Assembly: GCF_022539665.2 (NCBI RefSeq)
Contig: NC_081332.1
Span: 7,378,001-7,442,000 of the forward strand
Source of the DNA: Daphnia carinata
Taxonomy: Eukaryota
Direction: 5' to 3'
Length of the DNA stretch: 64,000 nucleotides
Made by a program: the position numbers and the translations under genes. A model generated the notes under the pieces. That model saw only the letters and a list, made by a program, of their open reading frames with translations, searched no databases and was not told the DNA's origin. The number at the start of each line of letters is the position of its first letter. Positions within the stretch are counted from its first letter, which is position 1. Shown in pieces: positions 63,032-64,000 of the stretch.

Positions 63032-64000
63032 GGATGAATTCAGATCCATGAAGCAAGGTGTGCTGTCGGGATCCAGTGCACCCAGCAATAGTACAGCTGA
63101 TATCCTTGGGGCATTCCTTGCGTTCATGGTTTCCCGTAAGACGTAATAAACATCTTCCGGACTTGAATACTTTCTCAGCCCTTTTCGTCGGCGTGAGCGA
63201 CATGAAAATAGTACAGGTTGAAAGATTGTGGACACTGCCGTTACATATAAGGTATTTCCACCGTTCTGTCTTCTCGGCTTGTATCTTCCCCGATGTTGAT
63301 CGGCTAGTTGGAGGCTTGGTTGCTGAAAATGATGACGCCGCTACCTTCGAGCCTTCCATCGTCGATATTTGTCCGATGGTCGCCGTATATGGGAGGCTGA
63401 GTCGTTTGACGTGCTTCCTTTCGTCGAACTTAACACCTTTGGACGTCGACGTGGGTAAAGACTCGAATTCGTTTTTCCCATGTTGTTTGCTCATGAATTT
63501 TAACGTTACCCAGTCGTCTAGAACGGTCGGTTCTACGCCGGCCTTTTTTCGTTTTTCAATCCACTTATCCTTGAGGTAAGGCGTCAATTTCGCTTCAAGG
63601 GTCATCAAGGTGGTATGGCTGTACATCTCATGGTTTGTACTTCGATTTTGAGAGCGTGCTCCTCCAACATAAAAAGAAGAACCGGAGAGTCCTCATACTC
63701 TTCATACAAAGCCTGGAATTTGGCCTGGAATCGTGAGTAATTCTTCGGGTTACCATCAAACGGCTGGATCTTGAAGTTTGGAGGTTGTAGACAACTACAA
63801 CAGCTGCTGTGAGGACGATTGACTTGACTGTGGTTATGGAACGTTCAGAGCGCTCATCTTCATCATGCTTCGCTGACTAGCGTGTTGTTTGCCGCAATGT
63901 CTCTGGACGTGACTCTTGAGCTCTCAATGAGTTTACTTAACTGTTCACACATGCTCCTTAAAGCCTTATTAAGGATTTCTGTTATGGAAGTTTGTTTGCC

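Larger units (their letters stand above)
43551..64000 (-). mobile_element. BEL/Pao element BEL-C (5' end beyond the window), decayed, interrupted by provirus B and a solo LTR
   Basis: gag (PFDGNPKNY ~63760; zinc clusters 63040-63260), FLDTGSD protease, RT (KVRVVFDG, FYVDN), RNaseH (FTDASSKGY) and IN (HLEIA, SDNGTNF) at 59021-62600. IN tail (REYVPHL, W..GKV) at 45040-45397. PPT GATGGGTCCCGC, then 3' LTR 43551-43903. Confidence 0.9.

Overview
This is a eukaryotic, intron-containing window. Very short (~55-80 nt) GT-AG introns and the gene and TE content suggest a cladoceran crustacean such as Daphnia (inference). The first ~13.6 kb holds three host genes: the 3' part of SMC6 (+), a ~1810-aa mostly disordered tail-anchored protein (+), and ABHD16A (-). 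From ~13.9 kb onward the window is almost entirely transposable elements, many nested. These include a Harbinger-type MITE, a hAT-like end, a decayed DUF4806-like gene, and two related env-bearing Ty3/Gypsy proviruses (A: 19399-30817 +; B: 45398-59020 -). There are also three BEL/Pao elements, two decayed Gypsy relics and solo LTRs. Four observations stand out. (1) Both Gypsy env genes look like class III fusion glycoproteins of the rhabdovirus/mononegavirus G type, each behind a splice acceptor. (2) Provirus B carries two paralogous accessory ORFs (TPR-like hairpin + CxxC) between pol and env, like a complex retrovirus. (3) Two separate BEL elements carry an extra zinc-knuckle ORF between pol and the 3' LTR. 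(4) One BEL LTR has a perfect RFX X-box. All identifications come from reading motifs by eye; no database searches were run.
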